The notes beneath the pieces were generated by a model. That model did no database searches. It worked only from the letters and a program-made list of their open reading frames with translations, and was not told the origin of the DNA. From Thermodesulfobacteriota bacterium (lineage in GTDB: Bacteria > Desulfobacterota_D > UBA1144 > Nemesobacterales > Mycalebacteriaceae): a stretch of 64,000 bases of DNA. Position 1 is the stretch's first letter; each line of letters opens with the position of its first letter. Location: the NCBI GenBank assembly GCA_965205855.1, contig OZ242184.1:1056001-1120000 (forward strand). The letters run 5' to 3'. A program made the translations under genes and the position numbers. Of this stretch, positions 41,939 through 52,019 are shown in pieces.

Positions 41939-44900
41939 TTACATATTCCGGCGATACTTGCCGCCCGATTCGAACAGCGCGTCGGTGATCTGGCCTAGCG
42001 AACACACACGCACGGCATCCATTAGTACAGCAAAGACGTTCTCGTCATTGGTAGCCGCATGTTGCAGGCGTTTGACCATATCGTCTGCGAATGGTGCGTT
42101 GCGTTTCTGGAAGTCACGCAGGCGCTTGATCTGGCTCTGCTTTTCCTCGTCCGTGGAACGTCGTAATTCTGGCGTCACGTCCTTTGACGGATTTGGGTTT
42201 CTGTAAGTATTCACGCCGATGATCGGCAACTCTCCGGTATGCTTAAGGGTCTCGTAGTAAATGCTCTCTTCTTGAATCTTGCCGCGCTGATAGCCGGTTT
42301 CCATCGCACCTAGAACGCCGCCGCGCTCGGTGATGCGGTCAAACTCCTGAAGCACGGCTTCCTCAACCAAGTCGGTCATTTCATCAATGATAAATGCGCC
42401 CTGGGTCGGGTTCTCGTTCTTGGCCAGGCCCCATTCTTTGTTGATGATCATCTGAATGGCGATGGCGCGGCGAAGGCTTTCTTCGGTCGGTGTCGTGATC
42501 GCCTCGTCATAGGCGTTGGTGTGGAGCGAGTTGCAGTTATCATAAACGGCTATCAGTGCCTGCAAGGTCGTGCGGATATCGTTGAAGTCCATTTCCTGCG
42601 CATGCAGTGAGCGGCCCGATGTCTGGATATGATATTTGAGTTTCTGCGAGCGTTCGTTGGCACCGTATTTAAAGCGCATGGCAGACGCCCAGATGCGACG
42701 TGCGACACGCCCCATCACTGAATACTCAGGGTCCATGCCGTTCGAGAAAAAGAAGCTGAGGTTCGGCGCGAAATCATCGATCTTCATACCGCGGGACAGA
42801 TAAGCTTCAACAAACGTAAAACCGTTGGCGAGTGTGAACGCAAGCTGGCTGATCGGATTGGCACCCGCTTCGGCGATGTGATAGCCGGAGATTGAGACAG
42901 AATAGAAATTCCGTACCCGATGTTCGACAAAATATTCCTGAATATCGGCCATCATCTTGAGTGCAAATTCGGTCGAAAAAATACACGTGTTCTGGCCCTG
43001 GTCTTCTTTCAGGATGTCGGCCTGCACAGTGCCTCGCACGGTCTCAAACGTCCACGTTTTGATCTTTTCAATCTCTTCATCGGTGGGTGCACGGCCGTTG
43101 TCAGCATCGAACTTGGCGATTTGCTGATCGACGGCAGTATTCATAAACATCGCAAGGATGGTCGGTGCTGGACCGTTGATCGTCATCGAGACAGATGTTG
43201 TCGGGCTGCACAAATCGAACCCGTCATACAAAACCTTCATATCATCAAGCGATGCAATGGACACGCCGGAGTTGCCAACCTTACCATAGATGTCCGGGCG
43301 CTCATCCGGATCAAAACCATACAGTGTCACGCTATCGAATGCAGTCGACAGACGCTTGGCATCTGAGTCACGAGATAAAAATTTGAAGCGTTCGTTGGTA
43401 CGGAACGGATCGCCCTCACCTGCGAACATGCGGGTCGGATCTTCGCCTTCGCGCTTGAATGCAAATACACCTGCGGTATACGGAAAGCTACCGGGCAGGT
43501 TTTCTTTAAGCAGGAACTTGAGCAGTTCACCCTCGTCCTCAAACTTTGGCAGTGCGACACGCGACACACGGTTACCGCTGAGGGTTTCGCGTTGCAGATT
43601 GTAGCGAACTTCCTTGTTGCGGATTTTGACCACGTAGTCATCACCGGAATAACTCTCGACAACGCGTGGCCAGATATCTATCAGTTTCTTGGCGCGTGAA
43701 TCCATTGCGCTGTCGCGGGCAATCACCAGTGCACCAAGGCCGGACGCATCATCGCCGGCTTCGGACAGCATGCGTTTGGACTCTCGCAACTGTTGGCGTT
43801 CGCGGGCGAGTTTTGATTGTTCATCGATGGTGGCGTGATAGCCGCGAACGGTTTCGGAAATCTCGGACAGATATCTGGTCCGCTCTGGTGGCACGATTGT
43901 CTGACCGGGCTCTGAAACTTTTGATGCGACGGGCGCAATTGTGCAGCCCAGGTCTTTGAAGCCTTTTTCAGTGAACACGCTGAGGAGTTCCTGATATAGA
44001 GAAGTGACACCAGGGTCAGCGAACTTAGACGCCATGCACCCAAACACTGGCATTTCATCCGGGGATTGAGAGAACGTTTCGCGGTTACGCTGCACTTGTT
44101 TGCGGACATCACGGACCGCATCCAACGCACCCTTACGGTCCATTTTGTTGATCGCGACAGCGTCGGCGTAATCCAGCATATCGATTTTCTCAAGCTGGCT
44201 TTGTGCACCGAACTCAGGCGTCATCACATACAGAGAAACGTCTACCAGATCGACAATCGCGCCGTCGCCCTGACCGATACCCGGCGTTTCAACAATCACC
44301 ATGTCGAACCCCGCTGCCTTGGTAGCGACGATAATGTCACCAAGATACTCAGGCACTTCAGTCTTTGAGCCACGCGTGGCGACGGAGCGGAAATACAGGT
44401 TCGGCGCATCGATAGCGTTCATACGAATACGGTCGCCCAACAACGCACCATTGGTTTTACGACGCGTCGGATCGATGGCGATCACGGCAATGTTTGGCTC
44501 TTCTGAATAAAGGCGGAAGCGACGGATCAACTCGTCGGTCAGCGATGATTTTCCTGCACCACCTGTGCCGGTAATACCCAACACTGGTGCCTTGTCATTC
44601 TTGGCAGCGACGTCTCGCAATTTTTTTAGATCGGCGTCTGGCAACTTGCCCCGCTCAATTGCTGAGATCACCCGCGCCAAATCTTTATGATCACTCTTCT
44701 CAAGCTTGCCAAGCGATTTTGGCAAGTCATCGGTCGGGTCAACATCCGAGACTTCAATTATATGCTGGATCATGCCCTGCAGACCCATCTGCTGCCCGTC
44801 TTCGGGCGAGAAGATACGCGTCACCCCATAGTCGTGAAGTTCTTTAATCTCTGCTTCGACAATGACGCCACCCCCGCCGCCATAGATTTTAATATCGGTG

Positions 44901-45205
44901 CGGCCGGCTTCTTTGAGCAGGTCGACCATGTACTTGAAATACTCAACATGACCACCTTGATAAGATGAAAGTGCGATGCCTTGCACATCTTCCTGGATTG
45001 CTGCACTGACGACTTCGACGACCGAGCGGTTATGACCCAGGTGGATGACTTCAACGCCGCCACGTTGGAGGACACGTCGCATGATATTGATCGAGGCATC
45101 GTGGCCGTCAAAAAGGCTCGCCGCCGTCACAAAACGGACCGGGTTTTTCGGCGTGTAGGTTTTCGAAGACTGGCTATCAACCCACTGTTTTCCATCGTCT
45201 GGCAT
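41939..45205 (-). CDS. icmF: Fused isobutyryl-CoA mutase / MeaB-like GTPase (B12-dependent)
   Basis: [10 protein letters not shown]12-binding domain, [10 protein letters not shown]-loop, [10 protein letters not shown] mutase motif, ends [17 protein letters not shown] before the ATG at 45205. Confidence 0.97.
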   Translation of the reverse strand: MPDDGKQWVDSQSSKTYTPKNPVRFVTAASLFDGHDASINIMRRVLQRGGVEVIHLGHNRSVVEVVSAAIQEDVQGIALSSYQGGHVEYFKYMVDLLKEAGRTDIKIYGGGGGVIVEAEIKELHDYGVTRIFSPEDGQQMGLQGMIQHIIEVSDVDPTDDLPKSLGKLEKSDHKDLARVISAIERGKLPDADLKKLRDVAAKNDKAPVLGITGTGGAGKSSLTDELIRRFRLYSEEPNIAVIAIDPTRRKTNGALLGDRIRMNAIDAPNLYFRSVATRGSKTEVPEYLGDIIVATKAAGFDMVIVETPGIGQGDGAIVDLVDVSLYVMTPEFGAQSQLEKIDMLDYADAVAINKMDRKGALDAVRDVRKQVQRNRETFSQSPDEMPVFGCMASKFADPGVTSLYQELLSVFTEKGFKDLGCTIAPVASKVSEPGQTIVPPERTRYLSEISETVRGYHATIDEQSKLARERQQLRESKRMLSEAGDDASGLGALVIARDSAMDSRAKKLIDIWPRVVESYSGDDYVVKIRNKEVRYNLQRETLSGNRVSRVALPKFEDEGELLKFLLKENLPGSFPYTAGVFAFKREGEDPTRMFAGEGDPFRTNERFKFLSRDSDAKRLSTAFDSVTLYGFDPDERPDIYGKVGNSGVSIASLDDMKVLYDGFDLCSPTTSVSMTINGPAPTILAMFMNTAVDQQIAKFDADNGRAPTDEEIEKIKTWTFETVRGTVQADILKEDQGQNTCIFSTEFALKMMADIQEYFVEHRVRNFYSVSISGYHIAEAGANPISQLAFTLANGFTFVEAYLSRGMKIDDFAPNLSFFFSNGMDPEYSVMGRVARRIWASAMRFKYGANERSQKLKYHIQTSGRSLHAQEMDFNDIRTTLQALIAVYDNCNSLHTNAYDEAITTPTEESLRRAIAIQMIINKEWGLAKNENPTQGAFIIDEMTDLVEEAVLQEFDRITERGGVLGAMETGYQRGKIQEESIYYETLKHTGELPIIGVNTYRNPNPSKDVTPELRRSTDEEKQSQIKRLRDFQKRNAPFADDMVKRLQHAATNDENVFAVLMDAVRVCSLGQITDALFESGGKYRRNM

Positions 45206-45289
45206 GGCGTCCTCCCGAGAACGTGATGATGGAGTGTTAGCGGAACCCTGCGCGGATTCGAGAGTCACTCATCATACCGTGAAGCTTAC

Positions 45290-45307
45290 CTTTACGTTAA
45301 CGTAAAC
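45290..45307. promoter_or_regulatory. LiuR-type (MerR family) operator upstream of icmF
   Basis: cTTTACGTTAACGTAAAc matches the sTTTACGTwwACGTAAAs consensus; TATGAT -10 on the minus strand at 45271-45276. Confidence 0.8.
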
Positions 45308-45309
45308 TT

Positions 45310-45627
45310 ATAACAAAAATATACAATAGCCTACAGCTTTGGCCACGATTATTGTTTCGGCTTTCCGGTATTCGTGTGGCAGATTTTGACACTTGAGTTT
45401 CAACGCTTCACCCAATTTGGCTTGAGAGTGAAGAGAAGCACTTGTCGCGCAAAGACAGACACCGTGCCATCGGGGGCGGGATGACCTATCGACTGGAGTT
45501 CGCAGAACAGCTTCTGCCCTGCCTGATCTATTACCGGACTTATACCAGTCATGCTTTTATGGGCCTTCTTTTCGCTGTGTCCTCTCCCACAGTTTGTCGC
45601 CGTGTGTACGCGATGACAGAAAGGTAG
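45310..45627 (+). mobile_element. Degenerate IS5-like (HTH_Tnp_4-type) transposase N-terminal remnant
   Basis: ..PRLLFRLSGIRVADFDT*...RHRAIGGGMTYRLEFAEQLLPCLIYYRTYTSHAFMGLLFAVSSPTVCR. Internal stop codon; no DDE domain. Confidence 0.75.
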
Positions 45628-45757
45628 TTTTTCCTTGTCAAGCACGAAACAGAAAAAGATACAATAACGGCGTATTGCCTGAGAATTTACCGCATAAACA
45701 AAAAGCGTAGCGGTTGGTTGGGATAAAACAATTATCGTCTAAAGACGCTAATTGCCG

Positions 45758-45976
45758 CTATCTGTAAGTATGCTCTTTCAAAAGCGCTTTATCGGTAATT
45801 GTTTCAAGTACCTCGCCGCACTGGTCGCAACTGAAAACAACCTTGACAGGCGAATGGCTTATCCCAAATGAGACAAGAACCCAACCCAACGCCGAGTATT
45901 CAGACTTCGGCGATACAAGAGGCAAACCAAGTTTATTGCCGCACTTGCAAACGGTATTTTCAGATTCCATATTCAA
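45758..45976 (-). CDS. Small Cys-pair protein (CxC...CxxC), hypothetical
   Basis: Coupled to the upstream AKR gene; VCKCG, a hydrophobic stretch, then FSCDQCG. Confidence 0.7.
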   Translation of the reverse strand: MNMESENTVCKCGNKLGLPLVSPKSEYSALGWVLVSFGISHSPVKVVFSCDQCGEVLETITDKALLKEHTYR

Positions 45977-46770
45977 AACGCCTCGCAGAGTGAATCAAAC
46001 TGTTCTTTCTCAAGCCGCCAACCGGATGCGCCGCAATTTTCTATTGTCCTTTCCACACTGTCCGATTTCGGAATAACAACCACACAGTCCCGATACAAAC
46101 ACCAGTTCATGGCAACTTGCGCCTCGCTTTTTCCAGATTTCTTCGCAATCCGGCTCAAAACTCCGTACTTGCCTTTCTCAGATTTTTTACACAAACGCCC
46201 GCTGTCAAGAGGCGTGTAGGCGATAACAGTAATTCCGCCATTGTCACAAAACGGCAGCAAATCCTTTTCAATCTCTCTGTCGTTCAAACTATACCGAACC
46301 TGATTTGAAACAATCTGTGTGTTTTCCATATAACTCTGTGCCTCTTCAAATTCCCGAACGGAGAAATTGCTTACGCCAACAAAGCGGACAATCCCACTGT
46401 CCACAAGTTTCTGCATCGCCCTCATTGTTTCCTTCAGGGGAAAAACCGGATTCGGCCAGTGGATTTGGTAAAGGTCTATTGTGTCTTTTCCCAGTTTTGA
46501 AAGACTCTCGTCCGCGGCTCTGAGCACATCGTCATAGCCGAGATTGTTTCCCGAAACCTTTGTTGCCAAAAACACATCTTCGCCCGAACGCTTTACGGCT
46601 TCACCCGAAACCCTTTCGGTACCGTATCCTTCGGCGGTGTCAATAAAACGCGCTCCGAGTTTTATTCCGGCTTCAAGCGGTTCGGTTCCCGCGCCGTAGT
46701 TCCATGTACCCAGACCGACTTCGGGGATTTTAACGCCGGTGTTTCCAAAAGTTTTCAGACCAACGGACAT
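45973..46770 (-). CDS. Aldo/keto reductase
   Basis: GLGTW, IDTAEGYG, ATKV, DLYQIHWP, GVSNF and VIPKS motifs. Confidence 0.95.
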   Translation of the reverse strand: MSVGLKTFGNTGVKIPEVGLGTWNYGAGTEPLEAGIKLGARFIDTAEGYGTERVSGEAVKRSGEDVFLATKVSGNNLGYDDVLRAADESLSKLGKDTIDLYQIHWPNPVFPLKETMRAMQKLVDSGIVRFVGVSNFSVREFEEAQSYMENTQIVSNQVRYSLNDREIEKDLLPFCDNGGITVIAYTPLDSGRLCKKSEKGKYGVLSRIAKKSGKSEAQVAMNWCLYRDCVVVIPKSDSVERTIENCGASGWRLEKEQFDSLCEAF

Positions 46771-46785
46771 TTGTTGGAAAGCCCC

Positions 46786-47400
46786 CTATTCGTCCCTGCT
46801 CACAAACAGAAAAACAAACGCCGCGAGAACTCCGCCCGTGAGACTAGCCAAAGCGTAGAGAAAAAACCCGGACAAATCCGTGAACCCTCTGACAAGAAGG
46901 CCGACCGCAACCGCGGGGTTGAAAACCGCTCCGGAAACCGAACCGACCGTTATCGCTCCGCAAAGCACTACAAGACCTATGGCGACCCCGTAGAAAGAGT
47001 TTCCGGCAGTTCCGCTCGCGGTCGCAACATTGAGTATTACAAAGCAGAGGGCAAAGGTGAAAACAACTTCCGCAATCAAAAGAGAAGCGGTGTCAAAAAC
47101 CGGCGCAGGCGCTCCCGGAACGAAAAAAGTGGAAAGTAAACCGGCGCAAACGGCAGCGGCAATCTGGGAAACCGCGTAAGCAACAACCTCACGCGCGGGA
47201 GAGTTCTCCCGCAAAAATATTGAAACCGTTACGGCGGGATTATAGTGGGCGCCTGATATGTGCCCGCCGGCAAATATCATCGCCGTCAAAATTCCCGCAA
47301 TAGCAAAAGGCGCAAATGTGCCCGAAGAGATTCCTATGGTGAAAACCAGAAAGAAAGTGCCGATAAATTCAACGGCGAGTTTTTTCTTGAGGCTGTTCAT
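46786..47400 (-). CDS. MIP/aquaporin family channel
   Basis: EFIGTFFL, SGAHYNPAVT and second NPA motif (FNPAV). Confidence 0.95.
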   Translation of the reverse strand: MNSLKKKLAVEFIGTFFLVFTIGISSGTFAPFAIAGILTAMIFAGGHISGAHYNPAVTVSIFLRENSPAREVVAYAVSQIAAAVCAGLLSTFFVPGAPAPVFDTASLLIAEVVFTFALCFVILNVATASGTAGNSFYGVAIGLVVLCGAITVGSVSGAVFNPAVAVGLLVRGFTDLSGFFLYALASLTGGVLAAFVFLFVSRDE

Positions 47401-47517
47401 CGGAAAAAGCTCCTTTCCGGTAAAACCGGAGGGTTATATTGTAAGTATCGGCGGGAGATTATTCAAGTCCGCGCCCGTTTTGACAACACCCCGGGCAATG
47501 GCTACACTCACATTCAA

Positions 47518-47928
47518 ATGGCAATGAAGAAAATCATAACAATTCAACCGGACGCACCCGCCGGTGAAAACTCCGGGGACTCCGGGGTTCAATTCAAAAA
47601 ATTTGAAAAAAAAGACAAGCACCCCCACACAGAACTGACACAAAAAACAGTTTTTGAAGCGCTTGGGAGTGTCAATGACCCCGAACTTCCCGTAAGCATT
47701 GTGGATCTTGGGCTTATCTACGATGTTCAAATCTCCGGCAACGATGTCGGGCTTCAAATGACTTTAACAACGCCGGGATGTTCAATGGGCGGCATGATTG
47801 CGGAACAGGCGGAAGAAGCGTTGAAAAGCATCGGCGCAAGAAATGTGATGGTGCAAGTGGTCTGGGACCCGCCCTGGAATCCGGATATGATGTCCCCCGA
47901 AGCGAAGAACAAACTCGGCGTGGAGTAA
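47518..47928 (+). CDS. DUF59/SufT-like Fe-S cluster assembly factor
   Basis: V.DPELPVSIVDLGLIY, MTLTTPGC and VWDPPW motifs. Confidence 0.92.
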   Translation: MAMKKIITIQPDAPAGENSGDSGVQFKKFEKKDKHPHTELTQKTVFEALGSVNDPELPVSIVDLGLIYDVQISGNDVGLQMTLTTPGCSMGGMIAEQAEEALKSIGARNVMVQVVWDPPWNPDMMSPEAKNKLGVE

Positions 47929-47940
47929 ATTTTTCAAGAT

Positions 47941-48993
47941 ATGGAGATTACATCCGAAACCGTTTCAAGACGGTTAAAACAAGTTAAATATCCCGGCTTT
48001 ACAAGAGACATTGTTTCCTTTGGAATAGTCAAAGACATAAAAGTGAACGAACGTGGCGGAGTGGGAATCTCCCTTGTTTTTCCAAAATCCGACCCTGAAG
48101 TACAGAAACTTATAGAGGAACAGGTCAGAACGGCCGTTCTTGAAACTCCGGGCGTTGGCGAAGTTTCCATTGAAACAAAATCAAGAGAGAAATCGCAGCC
48201 ACACCCCTCGTCGCAGGCGGCGGAGTCCAAGTTGCCGGACATCAAGTATTACATCGCGGTTGCGAGCGGAAAGGGAGGGGTCGGTAAATCCACAATCGCG
48301 GTGAACCTTGCCGTTACAATCGCGAAAAAGAGACAGAATGTCGGACTTATGGACGCCGACATCTGGGGGCCAAGCGCCCCCGTAATGACCGGAACCCGCG
48401 GTGAAAGACCGGTCGCGACGGCAAACAGGAAAATTCTTCCCATAGAAAAATACGGACTGAAAATGGTGTCAATCGGCTATCTGGTCAAAGAGGAGGAGAC
48501 CGTAATATGGCGTGGCCCGATGGTGCACGGAGCGGTCAAGCAGTTTGTTGAGGATGTTGAGTGGCAGAACACTGAATACCTTGTCATAGACCTGCCGCCC
48601 GGAACCGGAGACGCCCAGCTTTCAATTGCGCAAACAGTGCCGCTCAGCGGAGGGGTGATAGTTACGACTCCTCAGGAGGTTTCCCTGATAGATGTTCGCC
48701 GCGGAATCCTTATGTTTGAAAAACTGAACATTCCGGTAATCGGAATAGTTGAGAACATGAGTCATCTGGAAGTGCCTGGAGCGGAGGCGATTGACATATT
48801 CGGCAGAGGCGGCGGAAAGGCAATGGCGGATAAATTCAAAGTTCCGTTCCTCGGAGAAATTCCCATTGACCCGGAGATTAGAAAGGGGGGAGACGAAGGA
48901 GTGCCAATAGTTGAATCCAATCCCGATTGTTCATCTTCTCTCGCGTTTGCCGGCATAGCGGATAAAGTTCTTGAGCATGTGGAGAAACCCTGA
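47941..48993 (+). CDS. mrp: Mrp/ApbC/NBP35 Fe-S carrier ATPase
   Basis: ASGKGGVGKST, WRGPM, DLPPGTGD, TTPQ and ENMS motifs. Confidence 0.95.
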   Translation: MEITSETVSRRLKQVKYPGFTRDIVSFGIVKDIKVNERGGVGISLVFPKSDPEVQKLIEEQVRTAVLETPGVGEVSIETKSREKSQPHPSSQAAESKLPDIKYYIAVASGKGGVGKSTIAVNLAVTIAKKRQNVGLMDADIWGPSAPVMTGTRGERPVATANRKILPIEKYGLKMVSIGYLVKEEETVIWRGPMVHGAVKQFVEDVEWQNTEYLVIDLPPGTGDAQLSIAQTVPLSGGVIVTTPQEVSLIDVRRGILMFEKLNIPVIGIVENMSHLEVPGAEAIDIFGRGGGKAMADKFKVPFLGEIPIDPEIRKGGDEGVPIVESNPDCSSSLAFAGIADKVLEHVEKP

Positions 48994-49016
48994 GCCCTCA
49001 GGAAGAAGGAGGTTTT

Positions 49017-49325
49017 ATGAGTGAAGGCAACGAAAAACGGCAGCCCGCGGGACCCGAAGCGGAAGGCGTTAAATGGGATTTGTCCACTTTCGTCCTTTCA
49101 CTAAACGCATCCGCAATGATTCACCTGGGCGATATTCCCGACCCCGGCACAAAAGAAAGGCAGGTAAACCTGCCAGCCGCGAAACACACGGTGGACATAC
49201 TTGAGCTTATTCAGGAAAAGACCAAGGGAAACCTCACGGATGAGGAAACAAAACTGATAGACGATGTTATTTACGGTTTAAGAATGAAGTATGTTCAGGC
49301 AACTACGACCCAGAAGAGCACTTGA
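49017..49325 (+). CDS. DUF1844-like protein
   Basis: F..SL...A...LG...P......NL..AK..VD.L....EKTKGNL..EE pattern. Confidence 0.8.
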   Translation: MSEGNEKRQPAGPEAEGVKWDLSTFVLSLNASAMIHLGDIPDPGTKERQVNLPAAKHTVDILELIQEKTKGNLTDEETKLIDDVIYGLRMKYVQATTTQKST

Positions 49326-49961
49326 AAGTGTGCGCTCTTGAAATCTATATCTAACTGACTGCTGAAGTTCCTACGAGCCTCCATTACCCCTGTCTGTACT
49401 ATTCGGATAATAAGACTCTAAAGCATAACTTGCGAAATTGATTATTTTTCCAGCCATCTGAAGAAGGCCCAAGGTTGTTGAAACTCTCAGATAGCATCAG
49501 ACTCATTCCTATATTAACCAGATCGAATATGCTTACATCTTGATTTCTTATGAGTTATTAGCCACATTCTCTTTGCTTTTTTACTCTACTCCTTTGGATT
49601 TTTCCCATAACTATTTGTTCTCTTCTGACTATCTAGGAAAATAAATACAAAAGCTCCACATAGCCTCAAAACCCTTGACAAACAATCCCAAAACCAACGG
49701 CAAGTTTAAAGATTTTCTTCTTTCCTCTGTTTTCATCAATTTCTGTTGGGTTAACTTTTGTTTTCCTTCCTCGCTTTGTTCTCAAATATGGACTTGCTTT
49801 ACATCCTTTTCCTGTTCTGTCATAAGTTCCGCCTCGTTCCTACTCTCAAAAATAAAAAAAGATACCGAAAACCATATCAAAACCATCAGTCAACTCAATA
49901 AAAGCATTTTGCCCTATCTTTTGTGTATAATCCGCAGTAATAAGCAAAGGGAGACGCAAAA

Positions 49962-51066
49962 ATGGCAGACGAAGAAAGACCCGATATTGAAGACCTCAGA
50001 GAGCGCGTTAAGTCCATAAGAGGTTTTCTTTGACCTCCACGACAAACAAAAAAGGGTTCTCGAAATAGACGAAATTTCCAACAGTTCGGATTTCTGGGAT
50101 GACCGCAACAATGCCCAAGCCGTTCTGTCCGAACGCTCGTCTCTGAAACAGGATATTGACAACTGGGAAGATCTACGCTCCGCTCTTGAAGAGGCCCAAA
50201 CCATAAGCGATTTATGCTCGGAACAACCGGATGAGGAACTTGACTCCGAACTCCACTCCGTTCTTGAGTCTCTTGAGAAAAAGGTGGAAAGCGTTGAGTT
50301 CAAAAGGATGCTCGGTGGCGGGGACGACTCAAAGGGGGCGATTTTGGAAATAAATGCCGGAGCGGGCGGAACCGAAGCTCAGGACTGGGCGGAGATGCTC
50401 TACAGGATGTATCTGCGATATTGCGACAAAAACGGTTTTTCGGTGGAAATTCTCAACTGTCAGGAAGGCGATGAAGCGGGAATAAAAAGCGCCACAGTAA
50501 TAGTTTCGGGAGACCACCCCTATGGCTATCTCAAGTGCGAAAGCGGAGTGCATCGGCTCGTAAGAATATCGCCGTTTGACTCAAACAAGAGAAGACACAC
50601 CTCTTTCGCGTCGGTTTTTATCGCGCCGGAAATAGACGATTCGGTGGAAATCGACGTGGATGAGAAAGACTTGAGGGTTGACACATTCAGAGCCGGAGGC
50701 AAAGGCGGACAGCACGTCAACAAAACCGATTCCGCCGTCCGCATAACGCACATACCCACGGGAACGGTGGTGTGTTGCCAAAACGAAAGGTCACAACACC
50801 AGAACAGAGCGAGCGCCATGAAGGTTCTCAAGGCGCGACTTTATAAAATTGAAACGGAGAAAAAAAAGGAAAAAATAAGCGAACTTAGCTCTTCAAAAAA
50901 AGACATCGGATGGGGAAGTCAGATAAGGTCATATGTGATGCATCCCTATAGAATGGCAAAAGACCACAGAACGGGTTTTGAGCGGAGCGATGTTGAAGCC
51001 GTGCTTGACGGCGGCATAGAAGAATTTATAAAACACTATCTTACTTCCGCAGAGGCAGCACAGTGA
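49962..51066 (+). CDS. prfB: Peptide chain release factor 2 with programmed +1 frameshift
   Basis: ATG at 49962; AGAGGT-TTT-CTT-TGA-C at 50019-50034; the +1 frame joins the ORF carrying SPF and GGQ. Confidence 0.97.
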
Positions 51067-51965
51067 CAGACAATGGGAAAATTAAAAAAATAGGAATAGT
51101 GGGACTGCACGACAGTAAAGAAGTCAGAAAAATGACCGTCATGCTGTGCGATATGTTTGGGAAATTCGGCATTGAACCGGTTGTGGAAAGCGACCTAGGC
51201 AAAGCATCCGGTGTTTCCGGTCTTGCCGAAGCAAAGGAAATTCCCTCTATTGCGAACATGGTTTTTTCTCTCGGCGGAGACGGCACCTTCCTCGGCGCCG
51301 TGCATCTTTTGAGCGGAAGCCCCGTTCCGGTGCTCGGAATCAATCTCGGCGGACTGGGCTTTCTTGCCGAATGCAAGGTTGACGAAACGGAAAGCATGCT
51401 CGAAAAAATCGCTTCGGGCGGTTACAAAGTGGAGCGCAGAGATATGTTATCCGTACGTTTTGAGGGAGAGGGCGCGACCGCGGAGACAAGCGAAGCGCTG
51501 AACGAAGTTGTAGTAAACGGCGGCAGAGCGACCAAAGTCATAGACCTTGAGCTCCATATAGACGGCTCGCATATAACAACTTTCAAAGCGGACGGCATTA
51601 TCTGTTCCACTCCGACAGGCTCAACGGGATATTCTCTTTCGGCGGGAGGCCCCGTAGTTTATCCTACCCTTCCGCTCGCGCTGATAACGCCGATATGCCC
51701 ACACACGCTCGCGAATCGTCCTCTTGTCGTATCAAATGAGAGAGAAATCAGATTCCGTTGCCCTCCGCCATACGCCTGTGAAGAACTTAGCGCGACTATT
51801 GACGGACAAGTGGATTTTCTTCTGAGTCCGGGGCAGGAGGTTGTGGTAACAAAATCCCCGTTATCGGTCAATCTCGTAAAATCTCCGTTTATGGACTATT
51901 TCTCCATTCTGAAAACAAAACTTATGTGGGCAACGCGGCACAATGGAAAACAGGATAATTTGTAA
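51063..51965 (+). CDS. nadK: NAD+ kinase
   Basis: GGDGT, NE and STPTGSTGYSLSAGGP motifs. Confidence 0.96.
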   Translation: MTDNGKIKKIGIVGLHDSKEVRKMTVMLCDMFGKFGIEPVVESDLGKASGVSGLAEAKEIPSIANMVFSLGGDGTFLGAVHLLSGSPVPVLGINLGGLGFLAECKVDETESMLEKIASGGYKVERRDMLSVRFEGEGATAETSEALNEVVVNGGRATKVIDLELHIDGSHITTFKADGIICSTPTGSTGYSLSAGGPVVYPTLPLALITPICPHTLANRPLVVSNEREIRFRCPPPYACEELSATIDGQVDFLLSPGQEVVVTKSPLSVNLVKSPFMDYFSILKTKLMWATRHNGKQDNL

Positions 51966-52019
51966 TCCTCTTTATCCCGGAACCGAAAACCCGGCAATTT
52001 AGATTCGACAGCTGTGCGT

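Noticed and set aside
47260-47517. N-terminal extension of the DUF59 ORF
   Set aside because: Overlaps the divergent aquaporin gene and its promoter region; the domain begins later.
49675-50303. ORFs 49675-50019 (+) and 49914-50303 (-)
   Set aside because: Both overlap the true frameshifted 5' part of prfB, out of frame or antisense.
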